Both the position numbers and the translations under genes were made by a program. Below, one piece after another: positions 38,708 to 50,500 of a DNA stretch of 64,000 bases. Each line of letters opens with the position of its first letter. The stretch's first letter is position 1. This DNA comes from Sphaerodactylus townsendi (lineage: Eukaryota). A model generated the notes under the pieces. The model had not been told where the DNA came from. It did not search any database and saw only the letters and a list, made by a program, of their open reading frames with translations. The stretch spans positions 40,176,001 to 40,240,000 of the forward strand of contig NC_059435.1 in the NCBI RefSeq assembly GCF_021028975.2. The letters are read 5' to 3'.

Positions 38708-38743
38708 ATGTTAAGCTCGACTAATGCGGAGAGCCCGAGCTAG
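38708..38743 (+). other. 11-codon uORF ([11 protein letters not shown]) ending 4 nt before the HOXA11 ATG
   Basis: ATG TTA AGC TCG ACT AAT GCG GAG AGC CCG AGC TAG read directly. Confidence 0.65.
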
Positions 38744-38747
38744 CCCA

Positions 38748-39471
38748 ATGATGGATTTTGATGAGCGTGTCCCTTGTTCCTCTAACATGTATTTGCCCAG
38801 TTGTACTTACTACGTTTCGGGTCCTGATTTCTCCAGCCTCCCTTCCTTCCTGCCCCAGACCCCGACGTCTCGCCCCATGACATACTCCTACTCCTCCAAC
38901 CTGCCCCAGGTCCAGCCCGTGCGAGAAGTCACCTTCCGGGAGTATGCCATTGAGCCGGCCGCTAAGTGGCACCCCCGGAACAACCTCCCCCACTGCTACT
39001 CCGCCGAGGAGATCATGCACAGGGACTGCCTGCCGGCCACCAACACGGCGGGGGGAGAGATCTTCGGCAAAAGCCCGTCGGCCGGCGGCGGCGTCTACCA
39101 CCACCACCCCTCCGGCGCCAACGTCTCCTCCGGCTTCTATAGCGCGGTGGGCAGGAACGGGGTCCTCCCTCAGGCCTTCGACCAGTTCTTCGAGACCGCC
39201 TATGGCACGGCCGACAGCCACGCGGACTACGCCGGGGAGAAGAGCGGCGAGAAGGCACCCGGACCGGTGGCTGCTGCCGCAGCAGCGGCGGCTCCGGTGG
39301 CCCCGGCGGCGGCGGCGGCGGCGGCAACTTCAAGTTCGGAGGGCGGCGGCGGCGGCGGCTGCAGGGAGGCGGCGGCGGCTGCAGACGAGAAGGAGCGGCG
39401 CAGGAGGCTGGAGAGCAGCAGCAGCCCCGGGTCGTCTTCCGGCAACAATGAGGAGAAATCCAGCAGCTCCA
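38748..39471 (+). CDS. HOXA11: Homeobox A11, coding exon 1
   Basis: [39 protein letters not shown]...[12 protein letters not shown]...[19 protein letters not shown]; donor A|GTACGT at 39472 (phase 1). Confidence 0.98.
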
Positions 39472-39494
39472 GTACGTATAAAGGCAGCGCCCTA

Positions 39495-39740
39495 GCGCTT
39501 TTATGAAAGGGGACTTGGAAATCTTAGCGCACCGCCGCTGTTAAATTTTTATATGCTGTTTTATAAGCATATAAGGTTTATGAAGGGCCTTTAGATTTCC
39601 CCCAACAAAACTTTGTTATAAAAGGCGAGATCACGTGGCGAGGACTGAAATTGGCCGTGAAATACCCACCGGCCAATGGATGCCTTTTTTTTTCTTTTGG
39701 AGAGAGGAAAAAAGTTTCCCCCCCTTAAATCATAAAAAAG
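39495..39740. promoter_or_regulatory. HOXA11 intronic enhancer / candidate antisense (HOXA11-AS) promoter
   Basis: At least six TTTAT/ATAAA posterior-Hox/Cdx cores, TCACGTG (39631-39637) and CCAAT (39673-39677) at the 5' end of the intron. Confidence 0.55.
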
Positions 39741-41161
39741 AAGAATAAAGAGGAAAGGGGTGGGGGGAGGCTCTGTAGTCAAAGTCTCGAAAATATAATA
39801 ACGCACGTTTTGCGCCTGTAAATTCGCCCAAAAGGGGATTTCAGCCTCCTTTGATATCCATGTAATCCTGTTATATTTTTTTTATAAAAGCCATGTGCTG
39901 CCCCAGAAGTCTAGTTAGAGGTTTGGATTCAAAGCCATCTCTGTTTTTAACGATTGCAGCAGAATAGTGTTGAACAGATAAAGTAGCCGCTTGCAATGTA
40001 GTCATATATTAAAAGCAACAAATTAACCCAAAGCTGCCCCCCCCCTTTTTGTCTAAAGGAAGCCATTTTTCTAAGGCACTGTGGCAATTTTGTGTTGCCG
40101 TCTGTCCAACAGTTTGTTGTGGCTTGCCATTGTTATTCCATCTTTCACAGAGGTATATAAAAAAAATATAACCATGGCCTTTCCTCTCTTCATACTATCC
40201 CAGAGGTCAAGAGCAAAAAACACCCTGGCAGCCGGAATGTGCCAGAAAAGGGAACGTTGTGTTTTTTTAAGGGGGGGGGAGATAGCACTAATATTTAATA
40301 TGAAAAGCCTTGTGTGGGGGGAGGGAGAACAGGAACGACTTCAGAAGAGGTCAGATTTGCTTTAAAAACGTGACAACCGGTGTGGGGAGGATAGAGAGAG
40401 CGATCCGAGAAAATATTTTGAGGGGTGGAACAAAACAGCGGGCTCGCCACCACCGTGCTCTTAACTACCGGTGGTCATATGCAGAGGGACGGGTATTTTT
40501 TTAAAAAAGAAAGAGAAGAAGAAATGCACAGAAAAGCAGCACCAGTTAGACTGGAGTTTAGGATTAAAAGCACTCTCAGTGAGCAAGGTAGCTTCCATCT
40601 TGGAGTGTGGCTAAGCAGATCCACTTGGAATAGGAGACCTATGTTAGGGTTTACTCAAGGGAAGTGTTTTGAGGATTGCAGCCATTGCAGCCCATGAGAT
40701 TAAAATGCCATGGGTTCTTTAGACTGCGGAACTCGGTGGAAGGTGTCATGTTGGGTTCAGCCCCAACCTTTTCCAATTTCTTGCGCCAGTCCTTACCCTG
40801 GTAGAAGACTGTTCCAGGTTTCTGGACATCTTGTGCACACTTCCTTGATAGTATGGTAGATTTCATGGTACTTTTATTAAAAGCCCTCAGGATTATGCTG
40901 CAGGTCTGTTGTTGGCGTGGATGCTTCATATTCTTATCTTGCCTTGTGGTATGCACACGCCATGATTATTCCTTAGGTAAGATTAATGCAATATGTACAC
41001 AAACGCTGAGTAGGAGATAATTTCACTCTTACCTTGACAGGTAGTAAGCCAAAGGCTTTTTCATGTCTAAGTTTCCCTTGATTAAATAAGAACCACGATC
41101 CCTCCCTCATGCCTGGGACTCCAGACTCACTGGCTTCTGCCTTTATTTTTTCATTCCACAG

Positions 41162-41394
41162 GTGGACAACGTACCCGTAAAAAGAGATGCCCATACACCA
41201 AATACCAGATTAGAGAATTAGAAAGGGAATTCTTCTTCAGTGTCTATATAAACAAAGAGAAACGCCTCCAGCTGTCCCGCATGCTCAACTTGACTGACCG
41301 TCAAGTAAAAATATGGTTTCAAAACAGAAGAATGAAAGAGAAAAAAATTAACAGGGACCGATTACAGTATTATTCAGCTAACCCACTACTTTAA
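41162..41394 (+). CDS. HOXA11: Homeobox A11, coding exon 2 (homeodomain; absent from the supplied ORF track)
   Basis: Acceptor CACAG|GT; [77 protein letters not shown]; spliced CDS 957 nt, 318 aa. Confidence 0.98.
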
Positions 41395-43066
41395 AACTCC
41401 TAGCTTTTTTTTCAGAACGAGATTAAATTCATATCTCACCCTTGACAAAGTCAAGCCACAAGGTTATCTATGAGAAGGAGTTGTGTAAGATGACGGAGGA
41501 CTATGAAATACTAGGTGACCCCCATTTTTTTAAAAAAAGTACAGATTCTGGTGTTGTTGTTTTTTGAAGTTCTTCTTTGTGAGTCAACTGGAATCAGTTT
41601 GGAGTCCAACATCTTTTGGTCCTAGTGCGATTTCCACCTCTTACCTTCAGACACTACAGTTCTTTCAGGGGTTTACGGGGAATGAAGCATTGGCTCCAGA
41701 ATGCTTTTAAACTACATTAACGTAGTTTACTGTGGACCATTGGTCGGAAGGATACACATGGCAGCATCCAAGCTTGAGGATCAATGAAAAAAGCCCAAGC
41801 CAAAATAGAGATCCTCCAAGTGTCCTCCCACTCCCATTTTACTGCAGATGCACAACCGCCTCCCTGATCTCTCTGCCCCCCGCTTTTTCCTCAAGAAGGC
41901 TTACCTTCCTTACCAATTAAAGTTGAAAATGCTTTTTTAAAAATTGCTTAATTCCTCGCAAGGCCCATCACAACCGTCTGCAGAGGATCAACATTGAATA
42001 TAACTGAACTGGGCTGGAGAAATGTGACCTAAAAAGCCTTGTCTAGCTTCTTTTCAAACGATTTCAGGTATCACTTTGCCATATATGGTAAAGAAGAGGC
42101 GAGTTCAATTCGAACTCGCTCTGGTTTTAATGAATAAGAAGTGTCCAAATGTGGCCATCCCTTTTTGAGACAAATCATGACGTGCTTATTTATATGCTTA
42201 AAATAACGGACAGTGGAGAGAGGGACATAGAAAGACAAATCTGGTACTCGCAAAAGGGTAACTCAATTTAAGGACTCTTCTGGCTTCTGTCTCACAATCT
42301 TTCTCCAGGAAATACCTGTGGATAAAGACAGTTTGTCATAGACCGAGCAATGCTTAATTTGACTTTGTGTGTATCCAGTGCACTGAGATCAGATCAGAAA
42401 ATGAAGGAAGGTTTCCTTCAAAGGCCAGCGGGCCAGAACGTAGTGCAGAAAGCCAACCATGTAAATTGGATTAATCCGTTTTCAAACCTTGTGGTCCGCT
42501 GTTAATGTTGTAAGTTCTACTTAGTCGTCCAAGCGGCAGAATCAACGAATGGCGTGTTCCTTGGAATTATTTTAAAATATATATAAAGAAATATATTTCC
42601 CAGCAGGAACCAAAGTGAGAAAGAGAGAGAACCGTGATTTTAATTAAAAAAAACTATTTAAAATTCTATATCGGTTTACAAAGAATATGTGTTTTATTGT
42701 AAAGGTCATTTGCTGTTGAGAATATCTGAATGTATATTTCATATGAGAAGAGTGTTTTTTCAAGACCTGTACATTTAAAAAATGATGTTTTTTGTTGGTA
42801 TACTTTTTTAAATGGTTATTTTCTTTGAAAGGTGTTGGATTTGTCCTTTTTTTAAAAAATATGTGAAAATATGGTGACAAGGATGTTGTTTTTTTAAATC
42901 ACCAGCTTCCAAGATGGATGCAATTTCTTTACACAGTTCACATAATGCAATACATTTATAGCCCATCACTGTTTAAATATGTATTGTCATATTTGTATAT
43001 ATAGTTTTCTTTTTAATATACGAATGTCTTTGGTTGCATGTATACAGTGGAACGGCGCACAACGAA

Positions 43067-43072
43067 AATAAA
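43067..43072 (+). terminator. HOXA11 polyadenylation signal
   Basis: AATAAA at the end of an AU-rich 3' UTR, followed by a U/GU-rich downstream element. Confidence 0.6.
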
Positions 43073-44226
43073 TATGTGGGAAATTTATATTTCTATTCTT
43101 GTGTTACGTTCATGGAGATTCTCTTATCTGGTCTGAGATTGTGAAGGAGGGTGATTGAGCTGCTTTGGCAAAAATCCCACTCACCTATTGTTGCTGGCCG
43201 TTCAGAAGAGGCCAGAGCAGCATGTCTGGTATTTATGAAGGCGTAGGAAGGGTCCAGCCAGAATGGGGGTCAGATTTTACTGGTCTGGAAAGCAAAAAAA
43301 TATTATTCCTTTAAAATAATGACAAATAAACTTTACGCGCTAACAAACAAGAGAACCTCGCGTGGTTGCTCGATCTGAGATCCGCTTTGTAATTTCGGAC
43401 TCCATCAGTCTAAATGCACTTTGAAGGTATCAGCAATGTCTGTGGTGGAATTTGTCCTACAAAATGGCATTTTTAGCTGAGCTGAGGAGACAGGCTGACT
43501 GAAATAGGTTTGCGCCTGTGAGTGATTGTTAGGAAAATAGTTTTCTGCGAAGGGCAACAGGCATGCGATTGGGGCCAAAATGCTTTGCAGATACCTATGG
43601 GGAGGGGACTGCCCCCCCCAAGACATTCCTGAGGAGGTCACATGAGGCTGATCATTTTTCCTTTTTATTCCCAATCAGGAAAGAAAGTGCATACCGTTTT
43701 TCCTATTGTTTATTGGCTTTGAACTTCTGTATTGCTTTGGACATCACCCATAACCTTGAGGTGAAGGGCTAACCGGCTCGGGGCTTTTGCTGACAACCCC
43801 CACCAAGCCAGACAGCGTCTGGTCAAAGGAAATGTACAAAGATGAAGGGAGGGGGAGGCGGGTGAAGAGGAAACTTGTTTGTTTGTTTATTTGGCTAGCA
43901 TGCTACAAAGGAATGCAGCTCTTTACAGCGGGAGATAGAAAGAGGGATGGAGAAAGGCAGACAGTCCCGCAGAGGAATAGACGGGTGGCCATAAATGTTC
44001 AACCAGCAACTTCCTTTCCTAGTTAAAAATTAACTGGTTACTCATGGCAAAGCTGAGTCACGGAGTTTCTCTAGGCTGTGGAGGGGATGGCGGTGGTGAT
44101 TTCCTGGCCCTGTTCTTTTTTCTATCTTTCTTTCTTTTTTAAAAAGCACATCCCATGTGTTGCTGGGTCGAGGCAGGTCATAAAAGTGCCCACGATCTGC
44201 CCATTTGCATCTGCAGAAAGCAGCCC

Positions 44227-44515
44227 TATAAACGCAGCAGCCTCTTAGCTGCAGAGGTTGGCTCTGTGGTGGGCAATTGTCTGGAGCCGCAGTATCTGTT
44301 TGTTAAAGAGAGCATTTGGAGGAATTGGTTGGCAGGTCAGTTCTGCTTTATAGCTGGATCACCACAAGATGGCGTTCTCCAGATCAATGTCAAAGCCGCA
44401 GTGGGAGAAGGGGGAGAGAAAGGGGGGGGGGGAGAGAATTCTTGGCCTTTGTTCCCTTTACATTCTACGAGTTGCACATTATATTATTTCACGTTCCACG
44501 GTCAGATTTGCAAAG
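44227..44515 (+). other. HOXA10: Putative distal promoter and alternative first exon of HOXA10 (short-isoform exon)
   Basis: TATAAA at 44227, YY1-like AAGATGGCG, and a strong donor AAG|GTAAG at 44516; ATATTATTTCACGTTCCACGGTCAGATTTGCAAAG resembles, from recall, the end of the mammalian HOXA10 alternative exon (MCQG). Confidence 0.6.
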
Positions 44516-47500
44516 GTAAGCCGAAGGCGGTTGAGCTCTCCTTCCAGGAGAATAAAGCGAGAAGCCAGAAGTTATATCCAGGGCTGACTTCCTAGAGCTG
44601 AAAGCGCACCAAAGCCGTGAGTATTTCCTTCGAACCTAAGCTTGAGAAGAGGAAGCACCTTTCATCAAGGTACAGCCAAAGTAACTTTTATATCTACTGA
44701 AGCCTGTTTGGAAGGGGCTTCAGGGATGGGCTTGGGTATCTTTTCCAATAGGTCTTTAGATTGCTTTTTAGTAACTCTTGAGTCCGGAGATGCAATCTTT
44801 GGAAGAGGGAGCCAGGATAAAAAATTCAGCCAGGACTCTGGTGCAGAGGCCGAGACGGCAAAATCCTTATAAAAATTGCACTCCTGGAAATATTATTAAT
44901 CTTGACGTTTATGTGGAGAGCACGAGGTGTGTTTTATCAACAAGATCTACAGTAGCAAAGACTGAAAATGGCAGATTATTTTGATGGCCTTATTGAATCT
45001 GAGCTACAGTTTACTCATTCCGGTTTGGCAAAGAGCATCAGTGTGTGGTTAACAGCAGTATTTATTAAAAGCCTTTTTTCTTCGGAGGCCAACGTCACTT
45101 TCCCCCCCCCCCCCCCCCATTTCTAAGCGGAAGGTGAAAATCGATACCCCTAGACGGTGGAGCGAAAGTCTTGCTGGCCAAACAAGAAATGTTAAATTGC
45201 AGTCAGTTCTTGGACGGAGGCTGGAGTTCCAAACATCTCTATCGATCTATAGTATGTTTATGTGAAAATATTTTGAGAATGATGCCAAGTAAAAGGGAAT
45301 TTAACAGCTTGGAGTTTGGCATCAACACGCTGGGTCAGTTTTCTGGACATTTAGGTTACTGCTACCACACCTCTTCTTCTTCTCCCCTCCCCATGATATG
45401 GAAGATCTTGATTTACTTGCCTTCATCTCTTGGTTTTCTTGACTGTGATGCTTGGAAGGGAAATTGTTGATTTCTAAAGAGAAGCAGATGACTTCCCTTG
45501 TAAGGTGGCAGAGAGATAGATAGGCAGAGAGAGAGAGAGAATAGATCCAGCGTAGCACCTTTCTCACACGGCTTTAGCTCAATTAGAAATCAGTTGGTGA
45601 GGTAGATTTGTATTAATTCTGCATTTATGTATCTGTTTGTTTGTATATTTTGCCCACTTCCTGTGTTGTTAGAAGCCTCTGTCTTTGCTACAGTCTATTT
45701 TAAAACAGGGTGACTGAAGTCTGTGCTGAAGTGTTGCTTTAGACAGCCTCTTGAAAGTTGTCCCGGTATTTCGTATGGGAGGGCCACGGGTTCTTATCTG
45801 TGAGGCACTGCAGGCAGTGGTCGGGCTTCCAACCCCAAATGTGTTTCTTTCGTGGTTTCATTTAGAGACATTCATCTGCAGCATGGATTGTCACTTGTGA
45901 TGGGTGGGGCATGAAAAGTACTAGGCTTAAGAGATGACACCCCAGCAATAATTTAGTTTAAAAAAACACTTATAAGAGGGGAACATTTCTGTATTGCAAG
46001 AACAAACCCAAATAAAGGTTTCCAAAGGTCAGTATATTTTTCCAGTGTCTTCCCTGTCTTTGGAACCCACTGGTTATGGATTGTTTACTTATAGGCCTGG
46101 ATCAGTGAACTTTGTTGTTGTTGCTGTTGTTGTTAAATACATCTCTATTTCTTGTGATTTCCCCCTCTCCCACAAATTCTCCTAAACTGGGGTGCAGAGT
46201 ATGTAAAACTACTGCTGGGTAAGCAATATTATTTTATATGTCTCTTCTCAGGAACAATATTGCCATCCTGCAGGGTTTACTCGGTCTTGGGGAAATTAAT
46301 GGCCCTTACTTATGAATAAATACGCATAAGTGTGGGGCTACCCGTGACAGGGGTTGGCGCTTACTTATGAATAAATACGCATAAGCGTGGGGCTATCCGT
46401 GACAGGCACCCCCCTTTTCCTGGATGCTCTTTTTTGATATTGCGTTGGAACCGGGATAATAGAAGTACTGAAAGCCAACATTATTTTCCGCGTTTCCTTT
46501 GGAAGTTGTTGCATTGGGTAAGATTGTCTTTCCAGAAGAATGAGTGCAGAATTTGCAGCCAGAAAGATCATGTCTTGATGAGTGGTTATTGTCTTTGCAT
46601 CTGAACGCAGACCGTGTTGAAAGCAAAAATATATATAGCTAGGAGTGGGAGCATTTTTTTAGAATGCAGCGTGCTTCGCAATCGACTCGGGTGGATGAAT
46701 AGATAGATCAATACACCCTGCAAATTTCACTAGCAGGCTTAGCTCAGTTAACGGCCGACTTCTGCATTAAGAACTACACCGAGACTGCCAAACAGGGACC
46801 CGTTTTCCAAAAGGGCAGCGTGTTAACTGGGCAATTCTAAGCAGGATTACTCCCTTCGCGATCCTTTGAAGTCGATGGTCTTAGAAAGGTTTGACTCGGT
46901 TTAGGTCAGCTGCAACAAAAGTCACTCTTGCGGTGGCTGAAAGAAGACCAGGTCTTCGTTCCCAGTAGAGGCCCCTTGGTCTGCCACTAAAACTTACGCT
47001 GTTTTGCTTTCGTGTTCCGCTTTAAGCTGCCAAAAGAACTGCGTCTGCAGGGGCTCAACGCAGGTTTCGCGTGTTCAGGATCTTCCAGCGGGGAGACCTT
47101 GGCCAGGCCGTCGCGCTCCCTTGCCCGTCCCTTCTTAGACACCCTTGCCTTCAGTGCGACGCCCTTGACTTCAGCGGAATTTACGTCCAAGTAAATGGAC
47201 GTGAACGAACCCAAGGCTGTGGTCCCGGCAGGGGAAAGAGGTTCCCGTCTGAATTCCTTCCACATCAACATCCTTAGCAAAGGCTGGCAGTGATCCTGCC
47301 CTGGTTTCCCGCACATAAATCCCATCCATATCAATGGGAAACTTAACTCACCAGAAACGGTGCGCAGGAATCCAGCCAGACCAGAATTCAAGCTGCCAGA
47401 GGCATTGGGTTTAAGATGTGAAGGCAGTCTGGATTTGAAAGGGAATAAATCTCCCCGAACTCGAACTCGACTATAGCTCATCCTTACTTTCTCTCTCTTC

Positions 47501-50500
47501 TCCCTCTCTTCCCTTCTACCACGAAAGAATTTCAAAGTGAAGATAAAAATTACTGGGACAGCCATTTGTCACCTTTCTTGGCACGGAGATGCAAGGTCTT
47601 AAAATGCCTGCTAGTTGGGGAATTTATCCAGAGGGAAAACTGCCTTGGCACGCGGTCACATTCTTGACAAGTGACACCTTCAGTATTAAATAAGTAGGCA
47701 CTGATTGCATTAATTTGGGTTGGGATTTACAAAACGCAATCTGCCGCCCTAGACAGCCGGAGCAGCCCCATGGTAAGCTTTTATACCGTTCCCTTCCTTT
47801 CTTTCCTCCTCCCCCCCCCCACCTCACCACCAAACCTCAATTTGCCCATGTCAGAAATATAAAGCTCGTCTCAGAAATATAAAGCTCGTCTTAATTACCA
47901 TACAGCAAAGAACAACATCCCTTGATTAACAATGTTGGACCTCTTAGTTCCTACTCGAAATAATAAATGGGTACATCACTCTTCAGAAAAGAAAGAAAGA
48001 AAAAAGAATTGCTCCGTTTAAACAAGCTAAGTTAAGGTCTGGTGCCTTATTTATCTCTTCGAGTTTTTGGGTTCTTTTTAAAAAATTTAGTCCAAACTCA
48101 TAAACCAGTTTAACGACTCTATTAATATAGCCATTATATTTCCCAAGGATCAATAAAGTTTTATTTGGACGGAGGATTCGGCCACCGACTGGAAAAGATG
48201 TTTTACTCTCAGAATCTACGGCCTGGTACCAGGTTCCTTCCCCGGTGACTCCGCTGTGGAACTGGCCTCTTACTTAATCCCCCCGCCCCCGCCTCGGGTC
48301 GAGTTTGTTGGCAGGGGCAAAATGAAAAAGCAGTGATTCCTCATGCCGTACCCTGCATACCAGTCTCAAGAAATGCTATAAAACTCTGCTTAATGTCCGA
48401 GACACATTGTTAAGTGTTTAAAATGTGGCCGCTACACACAATGCAAGCCAAAGTAGTTTAGTTGCTCCAGGATTGACCATTATCTTTTATAGTTAAGAAT
48501 CAAGTGCACATTATTAGTTTTACTTCAGTGGCTTTGATGATGAGAGTTGCTGTTTGCTTGCCTTGGCCTTGTTAGCAATTCAAGCAAGCGCCCAGCCGAG
48601 TTCACCAGCTCCAGGACCCATCCAAAAGCGCCTTCCTCCCAACGCCTGTCTCCCGACCACTGGTCGCGCTGGCCTGAGGATCAGGTCCCCAGAGCTTTGA
48701 CCGTCAACGCCAGGCTCTGGGCTCCTATAAAGGCAACAATGAAGGGGGAAAATGCCCTCGATGTGAGCTGCCGGTTTCTTGCTGCCCTGTGCTTTGGGTT
48801 GAAAGAACCAACAGCGCTCATAAAAGCAATCCCCTGAAGGCGGAGGTATATATCTTGAGCTGCAAGGTTCAAGAGCGAGTCAGTGGAAAACTCCCTGTTC
48901 AGACTCCGCTTCTCCCTCCCCCCACCGGCCCCCAAGACCTCTCCTGAAGTGAAGCCTTGCTCGATCGGTCCACCGAGTTCAGTACTTTCTGTCCAATCCT
49001 ATGCGGAATAACAATCCTATGCGGAATAACACCAAGTCTATGGATTTGAATTGATTTAGTTTGGAGTAACTGTGCTCCAGACTGGCGGGGCATCCAAGGT
49101 GTGTATGTAGGGATTTCCGTTCCTAGATCTGTGACTCTTAGACCCTTCCGTCGCCTCTCTGGCCTTCCGTCCCTGCACTCACTCTTTTTAAAGGCCTTTC
49201 CAACAGGGTCTATAAATTCGCCATCATTTTATTTAGACCGGGAAGGATTTTACAGACGTTTACGGCCTTTTCCTTCTCCTCCCTCTCCTCAGTTCAATCG
49301 GCCCCTCCTTACACCGAGGTAGCCGGGTAGAGAGCGTGTGTTTTAAAGCATTATTTTAATAACTTGGAAAGGGTTTCCGTTAAGATTTTGAACGCTATTC
49401 CTGTTTGATCTGGCAAACGGAGAACAAACATCCCAGGCCAAGGAGCGGGGGCTTCTCCCAGGGCGAGCTTTTTTATATTCCTGATGCGAGGCGAGAAAAG
49501 CCTTTGGAAGGTGAACATGAAGCTGGCCGGTGGGCAGGTCCGATTTCATTATATTTAGATCTGTATTTATAAAGCTAAGCCTATTGATAATGAGGCTCCC
49601 ATCTACTAGCCAATAAAATGGTTCCTTATATGGCATTCATTTTGTTAGCGGTGGATACAGCCCTCGGAGGAATCCGATAAAGGCCTGTTCTCTACACATT
49701 AACACATTGTCTGGAAAGTCGAGCTTGGGGACGCACAAACAATATTACCAAGAGGAGGGGGCGCGAGGGGGGAAAAGGACCGCTACATGAGGCTGGGTTG
49801 CTCCTTCTGTTTGGCTTGGATGGTTCTGCTGGACGCCTCCAGACGTTAAAGGCAGCGGTACAGTTCTTGGCGGGTGACCGGTGGAGGAGAGGAAGGGATC
49901 CACGAGATATTTTTGCACAACTACTTTAGGAGCCCGAGAAAGTTGCCGTGACCTCGAGCTGGCGTCCTGTTCCGCCACCATAGAATTTCAAAGGGGGCCT
50001 CTTCATTGCGTGCGCCTCGTTGCCTGCTGTACCACTTGAGAATAGGCCGTCTCTACGGGGAGAATGTCAAGGGGGGGGGGGGCGGTCTGGCCGCAGCCCG
50101 TGCAAAAGCAACCTTCAGCTTGACAGTTTTGCTGCTGGCGGTGAGCGAGGGAAGGCGCGGGGTGGCATTTGGCGACAACCCCAAAGTGGTCCAGTGCTCC
50201 CGATAGAGAGGCATTGTTTGAACGCCAAGGGTAAGCGCCGTAGGAGAGGGGGCGTCTGGAAGCCCTCGCCTTTCCTCGGCAAGGCTGGGTCAGAAGGCAA
50301 ACCTCCCCGGCTTCCCTGGCATCCCCAGCGCTTCGACAGGCTTTCATGGCAGGAGGAGAGGGTGCCAAAACGGAACCCGGAGAAAGATTTACTGAACAAT
50401 ATTGAATTGATCAAAACAGTATTCGTACTCGCTTGGGATCAGACCCGAGCCATCATTTAAGTCCGACCAGCTGGGGCGGTTTGGAACAGGAACATGCGAA

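Noticed and set aside
29702-42088. Perfect CArG boxes at 29702-29711 and 42079-42088
   Set aside because: About four are expected by chance in 64 kb, and there is no supporting context.
905-49765. Additional CTCF-like motifs (about 912, 29860, 35906, 36144, 38388 and 49751)
   Set aside because: Each has two or more mismatches in the 5' core and lies in GC-rich context; not distinguishable from chance without a PWM scan or ChIP.
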